NCBI GenBank assembly: GCA_028534125.1
Contig: CM052816.1
Coordinates: 22,198,001-22,262,000, forward strand
Source: Lama glama
Taxonomy: Eukaryota
DNA: 64,000 nt
Reading direction: 5' to 3'
Each line of letters opens with the position of its first letter. Within the stretch, counting starts at the first letter, position 1. A program made the translations under genes and the position numbers. The notes beneath the pieces are model-generated. The model did not search any database. It had not been told where the DNA came from and was given only the letters and a program-made list of their open reading frames with translations. Positions 26,921 to 40,099 of the stretch are shown here, in pieces.

Positions 26921-27411
26921 TTGGCAGTGTCATATCTGATCACAGCATCCTGCTCCGCCACTCAGGGTCTTCCTCATCCCCTCCCTGTGAGTCCAGCACC
27001 AAGATCAGTGGCCAGAGCTGCCCCGGAATAGGTGGGGTTTACTTGCAAAAGAAAATCCTTCAGATTACCAGGAGCACAGCCAAAAGAACAGACAGGACCG
27101 AGAAGGCCACTGAGGAGAATAGAGACAGGACAAGTTGTGAGAACACAGCCAGAGAAAGAATGACATCCCCGTTTAGAAGATTTAGAAGATTTAGGGAAAG
27201 AACTCTTTCAAGGGAGAGACTAGCCAACAGCAAAAAAGAGGACGCAGATCACAATCAAGCTACAGAAAGCTGTGAGAAAGTGAAGGATGTTGGAAGCAAC
27301 ATCAAAGATGAGAGAGGGAGTGACATCTTCAATTCAAATAGCCGAGGCAACAGTAACGCTTTAAACTGCTTCTATACGCGATTCAAGTCTAAAAGGAGAA
27401 AGACACTCTGA
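26921..27411 (+). CDS. RAPGEF6: RAPGEF6 alternative terminal exon (PDZ-GEF2B-type C-terminus)
   Basis: Polypyrimidine tract and ctccag|TT acceptor in phase 1 with exon ending 24473; 163-codon open frame VGSVISDH...TRFKSKRRKTL-stop. Confidence 0.88.
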
Positions 27412-27914
27412 AGTTCCTTACTTAATTTTAGTGTTAAATTTGTTTTCATTTATTAATGTAAATGTAGCCTAAATTAAGTCATTTGTCAAACAAGGTTTAG
27501 GCAGGCAACTTACTTAAAATACTGTTTATGACCTGATGATAAGTGTTGCAGGTCCTTCAGCAACAAAGTCATACTCATTTCAAGTGCCTTATTTGTACAT
27601 ATGTTATTATACTAATGTTAGTAAATTTTATACACTTGTTTTCTGTAGTTGGCTTTATTTCCTACTGATATAGTTGAGTCTGTGAGTGAAATAAGTAGAA
27701 GAGGCTCTTTGGAAACTAGTATTTACTTTTATGTTAAAACCTCCAGTAATGATCTGATCAGAACCTTTGCCTTAGATAATTGTAGTGCTGTCTTATTACT
27801 GCAGCTACTTTACAAACTAAAGGAAAAGGAAGTGTTTGGAAGGCAAGAAACATACACCTTTTTTAATCACTCACTTTTTTTAATGCACACAGATCAGAGG
27901 AGGAGTTAGTCTAA

Positions 27915-28085
27915 CATAGTAGGTTCAAAAATACCAGGGAAACTTGTTAAAAAAAAAAAAAAGCAGTTACTGTGCCCCACTGCGACCTCCTAAATTTGAA
28001 TTGCTAGAAATGGGCCCAAGAATATGTATTTTAATAAGCTTTCCAAGTGATTCTTAGAATTCATTATATTTGAGAAATACTAACC
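27915..28085. mobile_element. MER5-like hAT-Charlie DNA transposon remnant
   Basis: aaacttgttaaaa...gcag...gccccac...gggcccaagaatatgtattttaataagctttccaagtgattct; boundaries approximate. Confidence 0.6.
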
Positions 28086-29552
28086 GAACAGACACAGGGG
28101 TGAAACTGGTTTCACAGCAGTAAAGCAAGCCTGCCCCCTGGGATAGTAGAACAGTGACTTACTCTTTTGAGGAAGAATTTTTTTAATTTTTAAAAATTTA
28201 TTCACAACACCTATTTTCTTGGTCTTCTTGAAAGCTGACCGATCAGTTCATAAAGGGCACTGAGGAATAGCAATTATCCCAAGATTTGAGAACTGTGGTG
28301 GGAGTCAGGAGACTGACTTGTCTTGGCGTGTCCTGTGCCCGGCACAAAAGCCAAACATACATCACACATTTTCTGGGTCTTACTTTTTCTTTTTGAAACA
28401 GTTAATGAAAGTGCTTAATAAGGTTATTGTACAGCGAGTTTTCCCTTAATGATTCGGGTTATGTGTGACTATAGAGCCTGTCAGTCTTCTTTAGATTTCT
28501 AGCGGTGGGCCCAAGGGTCTTGTACGTAATAGAACCCTATTCTCTCAGTGAACAAGAAGGTAATTGTTTGTGTCTTTGAGACCTACTCCTTGCTGGGATT
28601 ACTACAGCTTTTTCTTTTATTTTTAAACAAAGAAGTTTGGTTAGTTTTCTAACAACTACCAAGACAGACTATTGTGTACATTTAACTGTCATGCTGCAGA
28701 TTTGTTTTTAGAGCCTTTCACCTTATTCCATCTTCACCCTTTCATTCCAGAGAATGCAAAAGAAAATCTCTCTAGCTATATCTGCTGTGCAGTAAGTCAT
28801 AGAACAATTTAAAACAAGTAGATAACTGTTGTTGTTGGTTTTTTCTCATGACACATTCTTGTAAATCTGTCAGTTCATCTGTTTAATGTAATAATGTGCT
28901 ATTTTGGTCAAGAAAAAGGAAACTAGGTATAAGATTAAATCCAAATCTGAAACTATTTAAAAATACTAAAACAGTGGCTTTCAACTTGGGCCAAGACTTC
29001 TTAGGTGACATAAGCTGAATATCTGGGGTAAGTATATGTAGTTTGAAACAACAAAAATATAATTCTTTCCCTTGGGTCCTGACTCCCCTCTCCTACCCCT
29101 CTCTCACAGCAGTGTTTTGGACACTCAGGTCAGGCCATTAAGTATTTATGTTAATCCAAAGGGAGGGGACATACAGTTAAAAAGAAATTGAGAAGCTCAA
29201 GATGTCTACTTTTTATGTTTTATAATATACTTAATACCTTCTTGGTTTTTAAATGCTTGTAGCTTTGTGAGAGCCCTGGGGGAGATTTACCATTGGACTA
29301 GTTTTCTCATTAATACTGGGTTTTAACATGCTACTTCTTGAATTTGGGGTATGGGTAGGTAAGTGAATGGATATGTAAGGGAGAGTGTATAGAATATTGG
29401 CATCATTACATCAGCATAGATGGAAACTGACATTGCTACTTAGTTTGTTTTATTCTTCTTACATTTTTCTTTGTCCTCTCCCTGATCACATACCCCCTCC
29501 CCACTTCTCTTCCCTTGTTTTATAGTTTAACCACCTGTCTTCTCTCATTCAG

Positions 29553-29781
29553 GTTATACACTTATACCATCAGCTAAGTCTGACAACTTGTCTGACTCCA
29601 GCCATAGTGAGATTTCTTCACGGTCCAGTATTGTGAGCAATTGTTCTGTCGACTCCATATCTGCAGCTCTACAGGATGAACGGTGTTCCTCTCAGTCTGT
29701 GGCAGTCCCTGAAACCACGGGGGCATTGGAAAAGACAGAGCACTCTTCAGGAATAGGAGACCATAGTCAGCTTGTTCCTGG
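29553..29781 (+). CDS. RAPGEF6: RAPGEF6 coding exon (Ser-rich)
   Basis: Acceptor cattcag|GT; (G)YTLIPSAKSDNLSDSSHSEISSRSSIVSNCSVDS...DHSQLVP; donor GG|gtaaac. Confidence 0.95.
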
Positions 29782-30397
29782 GTAAACATCCTTGCCTCTG
29801 TTCACATCACAAAACCCAAGCCAAGTGGCTACTGCAAGCAATACTCCCTAATTTGACCTTAGACGCCCCCACCTCCCTTAGAGTCTTTGAAAGAATATGA
29901 GGACCAACCATGTATTCTCTATACTGAATATGCAAATAAGTACTATTTTGAAAAATGTATGGGTGCTCATTTTTTAGATGTTACTGAATTCAAGTACCAT
30001 ATCGTGTATCTTTACAGTCAGAAAGAACTCAAAGTGAAGCTGCTGTTGATACATGGAAGGTGGCTCTTGCCTTCTGTTTGCTCAGAGAGTGTCCAGTGTG
30101 GAATACCCTCAGTGCTGTGCACAGAAGACAGGCTCTAAGAGTAGGACTAGTCCTCGATTCTTATTCTCTGAAAGTATGATTTGGGGAGTAAGAATTATCA
30201 ACCAGCAAAAGTCAATTTTTAAAAAAATGTTAACTCTAAATATTTAGAATCAAGCAAAATGGAAATCTTCAGAAAGCACTGAGAAAGTTGATTCTAAACT
30301 GATATTGTTAAATCTGGTGTACTTTTATATGAGAAATTTAAGATAGAATAAAATATTACTATATTTGTAAAGTTTCCTAAACTATGATTCTTTAGAC

Positions 30398-30614
30398 CAG
30401 GAGTCAGCACGCTTTTTCTGTAAAAGTTACATAGTAAATATTTTAGACTTTGCAGACTTTAAGGTCTCTGTTGTAACTGCTCAACCCTGCTGTTAATGCA
30501 CCAAAGCAGCCTTAGATGATTAGTAAACAAATGGACCTGCTGTGTCCCAATAAAACTCTATAGAAACAGGCAGCAGGTCGGAATTGCCCTTTGGCTCTAG
30601 TTTGCTGATCCCTG
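30398..30614. mobile_element. MER58A-like hAT-Charlie MITE
   Basis: Terminal inverted repeats caggagtcagca / tgctgatccctg and internal atagtaaatattttagactttgcag...ccaataaaact text; a second fragment lies at ~30685-30830. Confidence 0.8.
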
Positions 30615-31281
30615 CTCTGTCCTCTGTACTGTAAATTATAAAAATTTTCATGAAATTTTTTTTCAAGGGATGGGAGAAGTGGGGTACAGGCCCAGGTGGT
30701 AAATATTTTAGGCTTTGTGGTGTGCATATGGTCTCTGTTGCAAAATCTTTGGAGTGTTTTGTTTAAGCCCTTTAAAGTGTAAAAACCATGCTTTGGTTGA
30801 GACTATTCAAAAACAGGCTGTGCTATAAATGATAGAATTCAGTTAGTGGTAGGTAATTCAGGAAGTTCATATTTACTTGGCTAGCCTCAGAGACACACTG
30901 AAAAATAAAACATGGTTCCTATAATTGAGAATTCTTAGTTCTGTATGCATGAAGAGGATTTAGCATTATGTTGACCAAGAATGGAAATGTATTCAGACCT
31001 CATCTTTCAGAACAATTCAAGAAAAATTCCAACAAAACCTTGCTAAGTATTGGAGTTTCTTCAGCATATGTTTCTAGCTAAGTGTTAACATTAATGACAA
31101 TATAAATTTGGTGATGACGATTGAGCACAGTGTCATTTTTTTCACATGGGTACTTTAGCATGAACACTTTCTGTAAGGCATGTTCTGTAGGCTTGTAGGC
31201 ATTACAAGACTTTCAGTGGACAGAGGAAAAGTTTTCCATTAAGCCAGTAAATTACTTTCAATTGTGTATCTCCAATTTTAG

Positions 31282-31784
31282 GTGGACATTCTCAAAGCCA
31301 TCGCTAATCAAGAGTTTAGCCGTCTCATCTTCCATGAGCAATGAAGAGATTTCTCATGAGCATATCATTATAGAAGCAGCCGATAGTGGTCGTGGAAGTT
31401 GGACTTCCTGTTCAAGCAGCTCCCATGACAACTTCCAGAGCCTTCCAAACCCAAAAGGCTGGGATTTTTTGAACTCTTACCGACATACCCATTTGGATGG
31501 TCCCATAGCTGAAGTTGAACCCACCGACTGTGAGCCGTATCCCTGCCCTAGAGGCTGCTCTCGGACTTGTGGCCAGTGTAAAGGAAGCCTAGAGACTACT
31601 CACATGAGACAGAGTTGGGCTTCCTCCAGTTCTCTGTCTGACACGTATGAACCAAACTATGGGACAGTTAAACGAAGAGTGTTGGAGAGCTCCCCAGCTG
31701 AGTCATCTGAAGCCTTGGACCCCAAGGATGGCACTGATCCAGTTTATAAAACTGTTACTTCAAGTACAGAAAAGGGCTTGATTG
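31282..31784 (+). CDS. RAPGEF6: RAPGEF6 coding exon
   Basis: Acceptor ttttag|G; WTFSKPSLIK...EAADSGRGSWTSCSSSSHDNF...YKTVTSSTEKGLI; donor G|gtaagt. Confidence 0.96.
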
Positions 31785-32844
31785 GTAAGTTGTGTATTCT
31801 CTGTCATATCTGTGGCATTTAGAAATTAAGTGGTGAACAAAGGCATTGGGATGGCCTAGAATTTTATTCTTGCAGGAATTCCTTCTCTTACTCCAATCTC
31901 TCTTTCCTCCTGCCACAAAAAATTATTTCAAAAAGTTAATGATTTCTCAGGGGCTTTGGAGCAGATATTCAAGCTTGTTAAAATGAAAAAGCTGTCATGA
32001 AGGTATTTAGGGGGTGGGATTATATGTCTTACTTTGTTTTTGAGATCTTTTTGGTTTCATTGAGGAAATACTGTATTACTATTCAGTAGTAAAAAAAAAA
32101 GGGGGGGGATTATTCTCTTTGCCATCTCATAAATTGTTTGGACCCCAGTTGCTATGCATACTGGTAGAAACTGAATCTGATACTACTTTTAGGTAGTACA
32201 AGTGAGAAAAAAATGGGGTAAAGAAGTCCAAAACATTTTTCAGTATACCCTCTAGGTGCGTATCACGGGTGTGCCAACATCTCTTTGTGGATTCTGTTCT
32301 AACCATGCACAACTTTCTCAGTGTTTTCTTTTTGTATTTGGTCATAGAATACATTTTTTCCTGTCTTTCTTGAGTTATTTAAACCATTGGCTATAATAGC
32401 ACCTGATTTTCTATTTACGTGACATGACTGTACTTTGTAATCAATATTATCAACTCTAGCTCTATACCGTATTTGTGATGTCAAATTACTAAAAATATGA
32501 AAGATGTGTTGATTTTTATAGCACGTTAATTTTTTACTTGTCAAATTTTATTATATATTGGGTTTTCTAGTTCATTCATTTTTCCAAAGATTTTTTATTA
32601 AAGCTTTTTGGTAATCACTGTACAGACATAAAGTGTGTATATGCAAGGGTATAAAATCTTTCTCTTATCCATTTAAGAAAATAGATTAAAAAAATTTTTT
32701 TCATTTCTTGATAACTCTGAGCAAATCACTTATATTCTTCACTCTTTCTTGTGTTGACTACTTCTCCATCCTCTCCCCACTCCATTCTCCTCAGATGGGA
32801 ATGGAAATCCTTTGTTTTGTTCTGTTGGGGTGGTGGGTAGTTAA

Positions 32845-32948
32845 GTTTATTTATTTTTTAAAAAAGATTTTTAAGTGGAAGTACTGGGGATTGAACCCAG
32901 TACCTCATGCGTGCTAAGCACACACTCTTGTCACTGATCTATACCCTC
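32845..32948 (-). mobile_element. tRNA-Ala-derived SINE (camelid vic-1-like)
   Basis: Reverse complement gagggtatagatcagtgacaagagtgtgtgcttagcacgcatgaggtactgggttcaatccccagtacttcc plus A-rich tail; same family as 7340-7471. Confidence 0.8.
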
Positions 32949-33920
32949 CACCCTCCTCTGAAATCCTTTGTGACCTTGGTACTACGTGCCAGTTTTACTG
33001 GTGGAGTTGTAGAAATTTCAGTATGGACAAACTTGATCCTCTTAAGGGAGAATTTAATAGTCCTTTTTAATTTGTTCTATTCTACTTATATCTGTAGGTA
33101 GTGTTTGTGTTTTAAAAGTCACATACATGGTCAAAATATTCAGCCATTTGTCCTGTAGATCCCATGGATTGGTCTTAATTTTAGACCTTTCTTTTTAACC
33201 TATTTCTGATGCTTTCTGAAGCTTCGTATTAGTCCCAGGGTTTACAAACTTAGGGGAAAGGATTTTAAGTCACCATTATTTTTAATGTCCACTGAAAATT
33301 GGAGAAACTTAATTTAAGGTGGATTTCCCAAAATTATGTTTTTTCTTTTTCACTTAACTCCAGAGCAGAAGTTAGAAATAAGGTCCTTGAAGGAATTTGT
33401 TCCTCTGTAGTGTTTTATACGCCAACACTGATAGCCTATGTCCCCAGGAGTGCCATAAAAACAATGGTTCATATCTCAGAGAGACAGTAAAACAGCCCTT
33501 AAGTAGAGGGCCTAAATGTCATTTCTATGACAATCTCCCCATTTAATAGAGGATAGATGTTTAGGGTGAATTCTTAAGTGTTTCTGACTCATTCACCTTC
33601 ACGGCTGGAACTCCTTGAGAAGTTTGTCATCTACTTCTGTGATGTGAAAGCTGAACTGGACAGGAAGCTTGTCATCAGTGTCATCTCCTTCAGCTGTCTC
33701 ATTCTATGTAATGTTCGTAAAGCTTAATGTAATTTGTGCATTTTAAAAGCGGGTTTATATATTAAGTTTATTAAAAGTGTTACTGACTTGCTGTCATTGT
33801 ATTCAAACATTCATTTTGTCAGTTTTTAAGTTCTATTTTGTTATTATAATAAGTTCAGTGTGTTTGTTTTTATTTCTTGTATTTTTCATTAACATTTCCA
33901 TTGCTTATTTTTCATGCCAG

Positions 33921-34235
33921 TGTACTGTGTCACCTCACCCAAGAAGGAGGATAGGTATAGGGAGCCACCTCCCACTCCTCCAGGATACATGGGGATTTCT
34001 TTAGCAGACCTAAAGGAAGGACCCCACCTACACCTAAAACCTCCAGATTACAGTGTGGCAGTGCAGAGGTCAAAGATGATGCACGGCAGCCTCTCTAGAC
34101 TGCCACCAGCTTGTCTCAGTAGCAGCCCTGTGGCCTGTGTTCCATCGAAGACTGTAACTCAGCCTCAGAGGCATGATTTGCAGCCATCCCATCCTAAACT
34201 AGCAGACGTGACTGACGCAGATAGCGAAGCAGATG
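33921..34235 (+). CDS. RAPGEF6: RAPGEF6 penultimate coding exon (315 nt, two PPxY motifs)
   Basis: Acceptor tgccag|TG; (V)YCVTSPKKEDRYREPPPTPPGY...KPPDYSVAVQRS...DADSEAD; donor G|gtatgt. Confidence 0.95.
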
Positions 34236-34929
34236 GTATGTTGACAAACTACCTTAATGGCTCTTAAATGAATTGCTGAACCCAGTGAATGATCTTTACT
34301 CTGTACTCTAGTTCATGTAATCAGTACTGTTTTCTTTGAATGCTTTGGAAATCTCTGCAAAAAAAAAAAGTGATTTCTGAATATGATGGTGTGCTTGTTT
34401 TAAAAAGTGAGGGGGGAAAAAAAAAGAGTAAACTGCTTGTTTCTGTATGCCCAGTACCCTTCTTCCAGCTCAAATGAAGTATTCTTATATTTGATAGATA
34501 GCAGCTCAGTCTAATAGGATAATTTTGAGAGGAGGCACTTGACATTGGTGGAGTTGTGTTTTACATTAATGCGTGGATACTTGAAAGTCCATGTATCAAA
34601 ATGTCAAATTATCTGAAATCATGCTGTTTGATAGAGTTCCTCTTATTAGCAAAACTCTTGACTGACTTTGCAGCTATGGCAATAAATGGATTTTATCCTT
34701 TTAAACAGTCAAGTAATAAAGTGATTAAAAAGCAATTCTGGAATTCCAGAGTCTTGTCAGCCTTCATTGTAGTTGGAACTCAACAATGTCATTACAATAA
34801 AATTTGGACCTTGATGGGATATTTGAGATTTCTTTGTTGAAATTGACTACTTTTCAAAACAGAACTGTACTGTTAGTTGATCTGTTAATATGCTGATCTA
34901 CCACTTAATTGTGCTTTTATTATTTTCAG

Positions 34930-34955
34930 AAAATGAACAGGTTTCGGCAGTCTAG
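34930..34955 (+). CDS. RAPGEF6: RAPGEF6 last coding segment ENEQVSAV-stop (class I PDZ-binding tail)
   Basis: Acceptor tttcag|AA AAT GAA CAG GTT TCG GCA GTC TAG, phase 1 matches the previous exon. Confidence 0.95.
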
Positions 34956-37900
34956 CCTTTGAATGACCCATTTGAAGTCTACTGAATGAAAGTCATGGAG
35001 GAAGGAGTGGGCAGAACAAGTCATGATTCTACAGGCCATTGCCAACAAAGAGCTCGCTGCTGCTGCTGTTGCTGCTAACCAGAGGTGTCGTTCCCTGTGC
35101 TCTGAGCACTGAGATAGCCCTGAATCATGCTTCCTTTCATTTAATTCCTGCAGATACATAGTTCCTCAGCTATGGATGTTGTGCCTGAATACCAGTCTTC
35201 ACTGCACACCAGACCTGCCTTGGGACCACAGTTACTAGAACAAATTCAGACTCGAATCCTCCCCATGTATGTCACTATAAATTTTCCTTTAACAAGTTAT
35301 TTTTAAGGTAGTGTAGTAGTAGATTTCCAAGCCATAGCTTGGATTAACAGACAAATTCAGAATGTCTGCCAATATCAAGGATATTTTTATGTATTTGAAA
35401 AATAATTTATTATTTGAAGTTCTGTGGTTTTGTTTGTATTTGGGAGCTCTCGTTAACTGATATTTATGTTTGAGGCCATAGAACTGTCTCTGACCTGACC
35501 AAACAGAAGTCACCTTACAGGATGATATGTTTGCTCTGTACAGAGATCTAATCATCTTCATAGCACCAGTGCAGTGAAGGGTCTTAATTTGAGTGGAACA
35601 GGAGGCCCTTCCTGTTGAGGTGTTAGGAAGGAAAATACTGCCATCTGCTGGTCAGGATTTGGAAAGCCAAATGAAGCTGCCGCAGGGTTTCTTACCAGTC
35701 CTTTGGGAAAAAAAGAGGGTACAGTGGTGTTTGTAGCAACCCTAGTTTCCAAAGAATGAAATTTTTATCTTACATAACGTGTGTACTGTTTCTTTCTGAA
35801 GTGACAGTCATGCTGTATCTAACTGTAACTACAAGTATAAATTCAGTAAATAGAGAATGGGTTCTAGAGAGCTCTACTCTGTAGAAGCCCGTATCTGAAC
35901 ATTTTCACAACTCAGATATGGAGTTCTAATTTTAAAGGAAGTATGGTCATGGGTGGTGTAATCGGAAAGATTAACCTAGCTTTCTGCAGTGTTCTGCAAC
36001 ATCCCCACCTGCCAGTCCCCGTCACAGCGCAAGACTGTGTTCATTCTGGATAAACCCTGCAGTTCCCACTTGCCTGCAGCAAAGTTCATCAGCCCTCCAA
36101 GATATTTAATTGGTTGGAAATTTTGTAGGGGAAAGAGGAACCAGAATTAGGGAAATGATTATCTCTTTGTTCTCAGTTTAGCCTCTGAGAAGGAGGAGAT
36201 GGATACTTAACCTGAGGGGAATGGCATTCTTAAGTATTTAGGTTAAAGTTCAGCGACTGTTCACTGGTTGAGGTAGACTTTCCACATCTTACAAAATTAA
36301 GTATAATGTTTTCTCTATCTAAAGCTTAAATTTTTCATTTTATTCTTAGTGTAAATTTAATAAACTTCTGTGACTACCAAAAAAAAAAAAAAAAGAAAGC
36401 CAAAGCCATTAATGTGCAGTACCCAGACCAACTTGGAGCCAAAATGGGTTTACTTCTGAGTGGTTGTCCATATGTGACTTTATAGGATTTAACTGGCTTA
36501 TGACCTCCTTTAGTTGGATTATGAGTTTGTTCTCATTTTTTCCTGTCTCTTCTTTCAGTCTGTCAGCCTTCCTATCCCCTTCGTATTTTAAAATCATAAA
36601 TTGGTTCCAAGTGGTAAATGGTAGTAGTCCATCTTTTCTATCAAAGTGATTATCTCTTCATTTTAGGAAAAATCGCATGTGTGAAAAATTCCTGTGGGCA
36701 AAAAATATAAATCTGAAACTGAAGCCTTAGAAATAAATTAACCCCAGGTATGTTGGAATGAGGCTAGTTGGCTCCGTAGCTTTCTTGGCCCCCTGAAATG
36801 GAAAGTAGGCTGGGTCAAAAATCCTGGTTTGAAAGTCACACTGTTGTGGTTTGACCTATAAACAAATGGTCCTTTAATCATAATTTTTTATTTCACTGAT
36901 TTACACAATATTGTTTTCATGTTCAGAACAAATCAAAGTGAAAAGTATTTTTGCTATAACCATCTTTTTATCAAGTGTGGGTATTTATTCTTAGCATTTT
37001 ATATCCATTACCACAGAAAAATGTGCTCTTTGCACAGTATCAGTTTTCTTCAGCAGGTCTTCCGAACCTTCCCTGTCTTTGTCCTTCATGTTGTCGGTGA
37101 TACCCTGCACAGAGAGTCAGAGGCTGTGGTTTTGGACTTGCACGTTGTAGCTGCCTTTGTTTCCTCTAGCTTGAACTGTGAGTGTTTGGATAAGCTGATC
37201 ACATTGATCAGGAACTAAAGCCAAATGCTTTGTAGTTTGATGTGTATGTATCCCTTTAAAAGTCATGGAGTTTTTATTTTTGTATTTTAATTTAGAGTAC
37301 ATTCCTGTCTTCTCTTGGTCACATGACTAGAGCAAGAGAAGCCTTTTTTCTGTGTTTGCTCCAATTCTGAATCTCCACTTGTTTTTGTTTTGTTTTATAA
37401 ATTTCTAGCTATAATGAAGAGACTAGTGCTCTCAGCATGCCACAGCTCTGAATCTGCCAGGATGCTGAAGCAGTAAATCCTCACTGCTAACTTTTGCCAA
37501 ATAATCAGTTTCAACAAAACAATCTCTTAATAATGAAAGATTTAGAGAATTAGTAAATCCAGTATATACTTCCATAAAGGTTTATTGTAATTCATGGATT
37601 CTTACTTCCTCCAAATGATTACTTTCAGTGTATTTGGAGAGAAAAAGCCTTAAATAGTTTTTCATGAGGGTGGTAAGTCACATTGTGGTCATCTGCATAA
37701 CCTCCTTGAGAATCTCTCCCCAGCTGGAAATGTGACAGTAATCATGGAGATGTTCAAGAACAAACCTAATTTTTATACAGTGTTCTCTCCCCTTCGGAAA
37801 GAAGGGGAAGAGTCTCCTTGTATATTTAAAACAATGATTGTTATTCTGATGTATTTTAAGTCTCTTAAAAATAGCAGATGTATCCCTTTTTAGCATTACC

Positions 37901-38360
37901 TTAAAGGCTAGAAAAATGGGATAATCTTCAGAAAAGTGTCACAGTACATTTTCAGATTTAAACTTGAACCCCAGTTCATCTTCAGCTTTTGTTGTGCTTT
38001 TTTAAGGCTTCTTTATTTTTGATAAACAATGCAATTGTACTTGATCTTTTTAAATTGAAACATGTGAGCTTATCAGCAAAAGACAAAAACAAAACTGCAC
38101 AGTCAACTAATCAAATAGCAAATACCCTGCACAATTCAGTGATTGTAAAGTATCCCGTAACAAGTAATGTTTGTCTCCTATTTTTTGATACCTCTTAAAC
38201 TTATGTCTTTTAGAAAGACAGTGCCTCTGTATGCTTTTTGTATTTTTACTGAGTGTAAATATTTGTTATATTTTTGGTTAAGAGAATGTAAAAGTACCAT
38301 TTATTATTATCGTATCTACTAATACATTGTGGAATCAATAAAGAATCTAATTAACCCTCT
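34956..38360 (+). other. RAPGEF6: RAPGEF6 3'UTR (3' end inferred)
   Basis: AT-rich, repeat-poor sequence after the stop; TGTAAATA (Pumilio-type element) at 38254-38261 and AATAAA at 38337-38342; repeats resume shortly after. Confidence 0.7.
38337..38342 (+). terminator. Probable distal polyadenylation signal of RAPGEF6
   Basis: AATAAA preceded by several TGTA motifs and followed by a T/GT-rich tract. Confidence 0.65.
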
Positions 38361-39284
38361 CTGTACTTTATTGCTACTATATGGGAGCAGATAAAATATT
38401 TAGACCCAGTCACTACAGAGGGCCAGTCTGGGACAAGCATTGGTGTGAAGGCATTATTTTTTTAAGTCTCCAGAGAAAATGTAATGGTCTAATTATGGTT
38501 GACATTATGATATCTGTAAAACACCTAGCCATTGTTCAGTTTTTTTACAAGTTTGGTAACAAACCAAGTAACAGTGGCTTAAACCCCATTGGAGCTTGGT
38601 TGTCTTTTGTAACAGAAAAAAAGTACTGGCAGACTGGGCTGGTACAGGACTGGTACAAGGACCCACAGTGCTGTTGAGGTTTCAGGGATTCTGACAATTA
38701 CACCTTGGGGTATCACCCCAGTGTTTCAGGAAAGAAAGGTTGGGCAGAAGCGCAAATGTGTCCTTTTTTGTTTGCAAAACAACAGCTTTTCTAATTCTCC
38801 ACTGGCATGTGTCTACTTACCTCCCGCTAGTCAAAACTGTCACATGACTAGCAGCTGCATGAAAACCTGGAAAGTGAACTTTTATAGCTGAGCAATTGAT
38901 GGCCCCAAATAAAAGTGGGATTCTTTTCAGTGAGGAAGGAAAGAATGGATACTGAATGGGCAGCTACCTGGGTCTACCATAGCATGCCTATTGCTTACTC
39001 CTTTAGGAAGTACATTTATTTGTAAATGAAGCAGTTTTTTTTTAAATCAGAATCAGGTCGCTGAATCCTGGCAAAGGAGAAGACTCTGCTTTAGCACTCC
39101 TTTGTAAAAATCTCCCAGTCCCCCCTCTGCATCCAGAGAATGTTACTCCTCTATAAGCTTCTACCTGCTCCCAGTTTACCTCCTGCCTACACACACCCCG
39201 GGGTTTCCCCAGGGCCATTCCTACTTCTTCTTACCACTTCTGCACAGTCACTAGTTTATTCCTTTACCTAGAAAATATTACACA

Positions 39285-39674
39285 TAGTAGGTTGAATAAT
39301 AGCTGCTACCCACAAATATCAAGCCCTAATCACTGGAACTGTAAAGGGTGCTGTATTAGAGGAAAGGGTTTCTGCAGATATAATTAAGTTGAGCATTCTG
39401 AGATAAGGCTGTTACTTTGGCTTATCTGAGTGGGCCCTAAGTGCTTTCACAAGTGTCCTTAGAGAGGCAAAGGAAGATAACACAGAGAAGAGGAGAAGGC
39501 AGACTGAAAGAACGCCAGCTGCCTCCAGGAACTGGAAGAGACGAAAAGATTTTTCCTTAGAGCTTCCACAGAAAGCGCCACCTGCCAGCACCTTGATTTT
39601 GGACTCCTTGCCTGTTGCTGTAAATCTCCCAGACGTTGGTAATTTGTTATGGCAGCCCCAAGGAAAGGAATACA
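39285..39674 (+). mobile_element. MLT1 (MaLR) solo LTR
   Basis: ggttgaataat...ccctaatcactggaactg...tgcagatataattaagtt...gccagcaccttgattttggact...gtaatttgttatggcagcc...aataca. Confidence 0.8.
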
Positions 39675-39955
39675 CGCTACTGTATTCTTGTCTGACTTTG
39701 AGGACCCAGAACCCGCAACTGAAGAATGCAGCGCTTCGAACATACATGTCAGGAACCGCCCCACCTCGCCACCTTCGAGCGTTTGATAAACAAAAATAAG
39801 AGACGAGGTGGAACCATCCCAGACGCCGCTTCTACAGCAGCCTAGTCAGCCTGGTGTTTTCCAGAGGTTCACAGAAGGGACACTCCTGTCATCCTTGCCA
39901 GACTTGCTGTTTTCCATTTCAGGCGTGGTGGTGAGTGTGTGCTAGTATCTCACTG

Positions 39956-40099
39956 TGGTTTTAATTCTAATTTTCATGATGACTAATAGTGCGGAGCATC
40001 TTTTGGAGTACTCACTGGCCTTCTGGATGGTTTTAATTCTAATTTTCATGATGACTAATAGTGCGGAGCATCTTTTGGAGTACTCACTGGCCTTCTGGA
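39956..40099. repeat. Perfect 72-bp tandem duplication (2 copies)
   Basis: 39956-40027 is identical to 40028-40099; visible as the repeated peptide in ORF 39955..40179. Confidence 0.97.
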
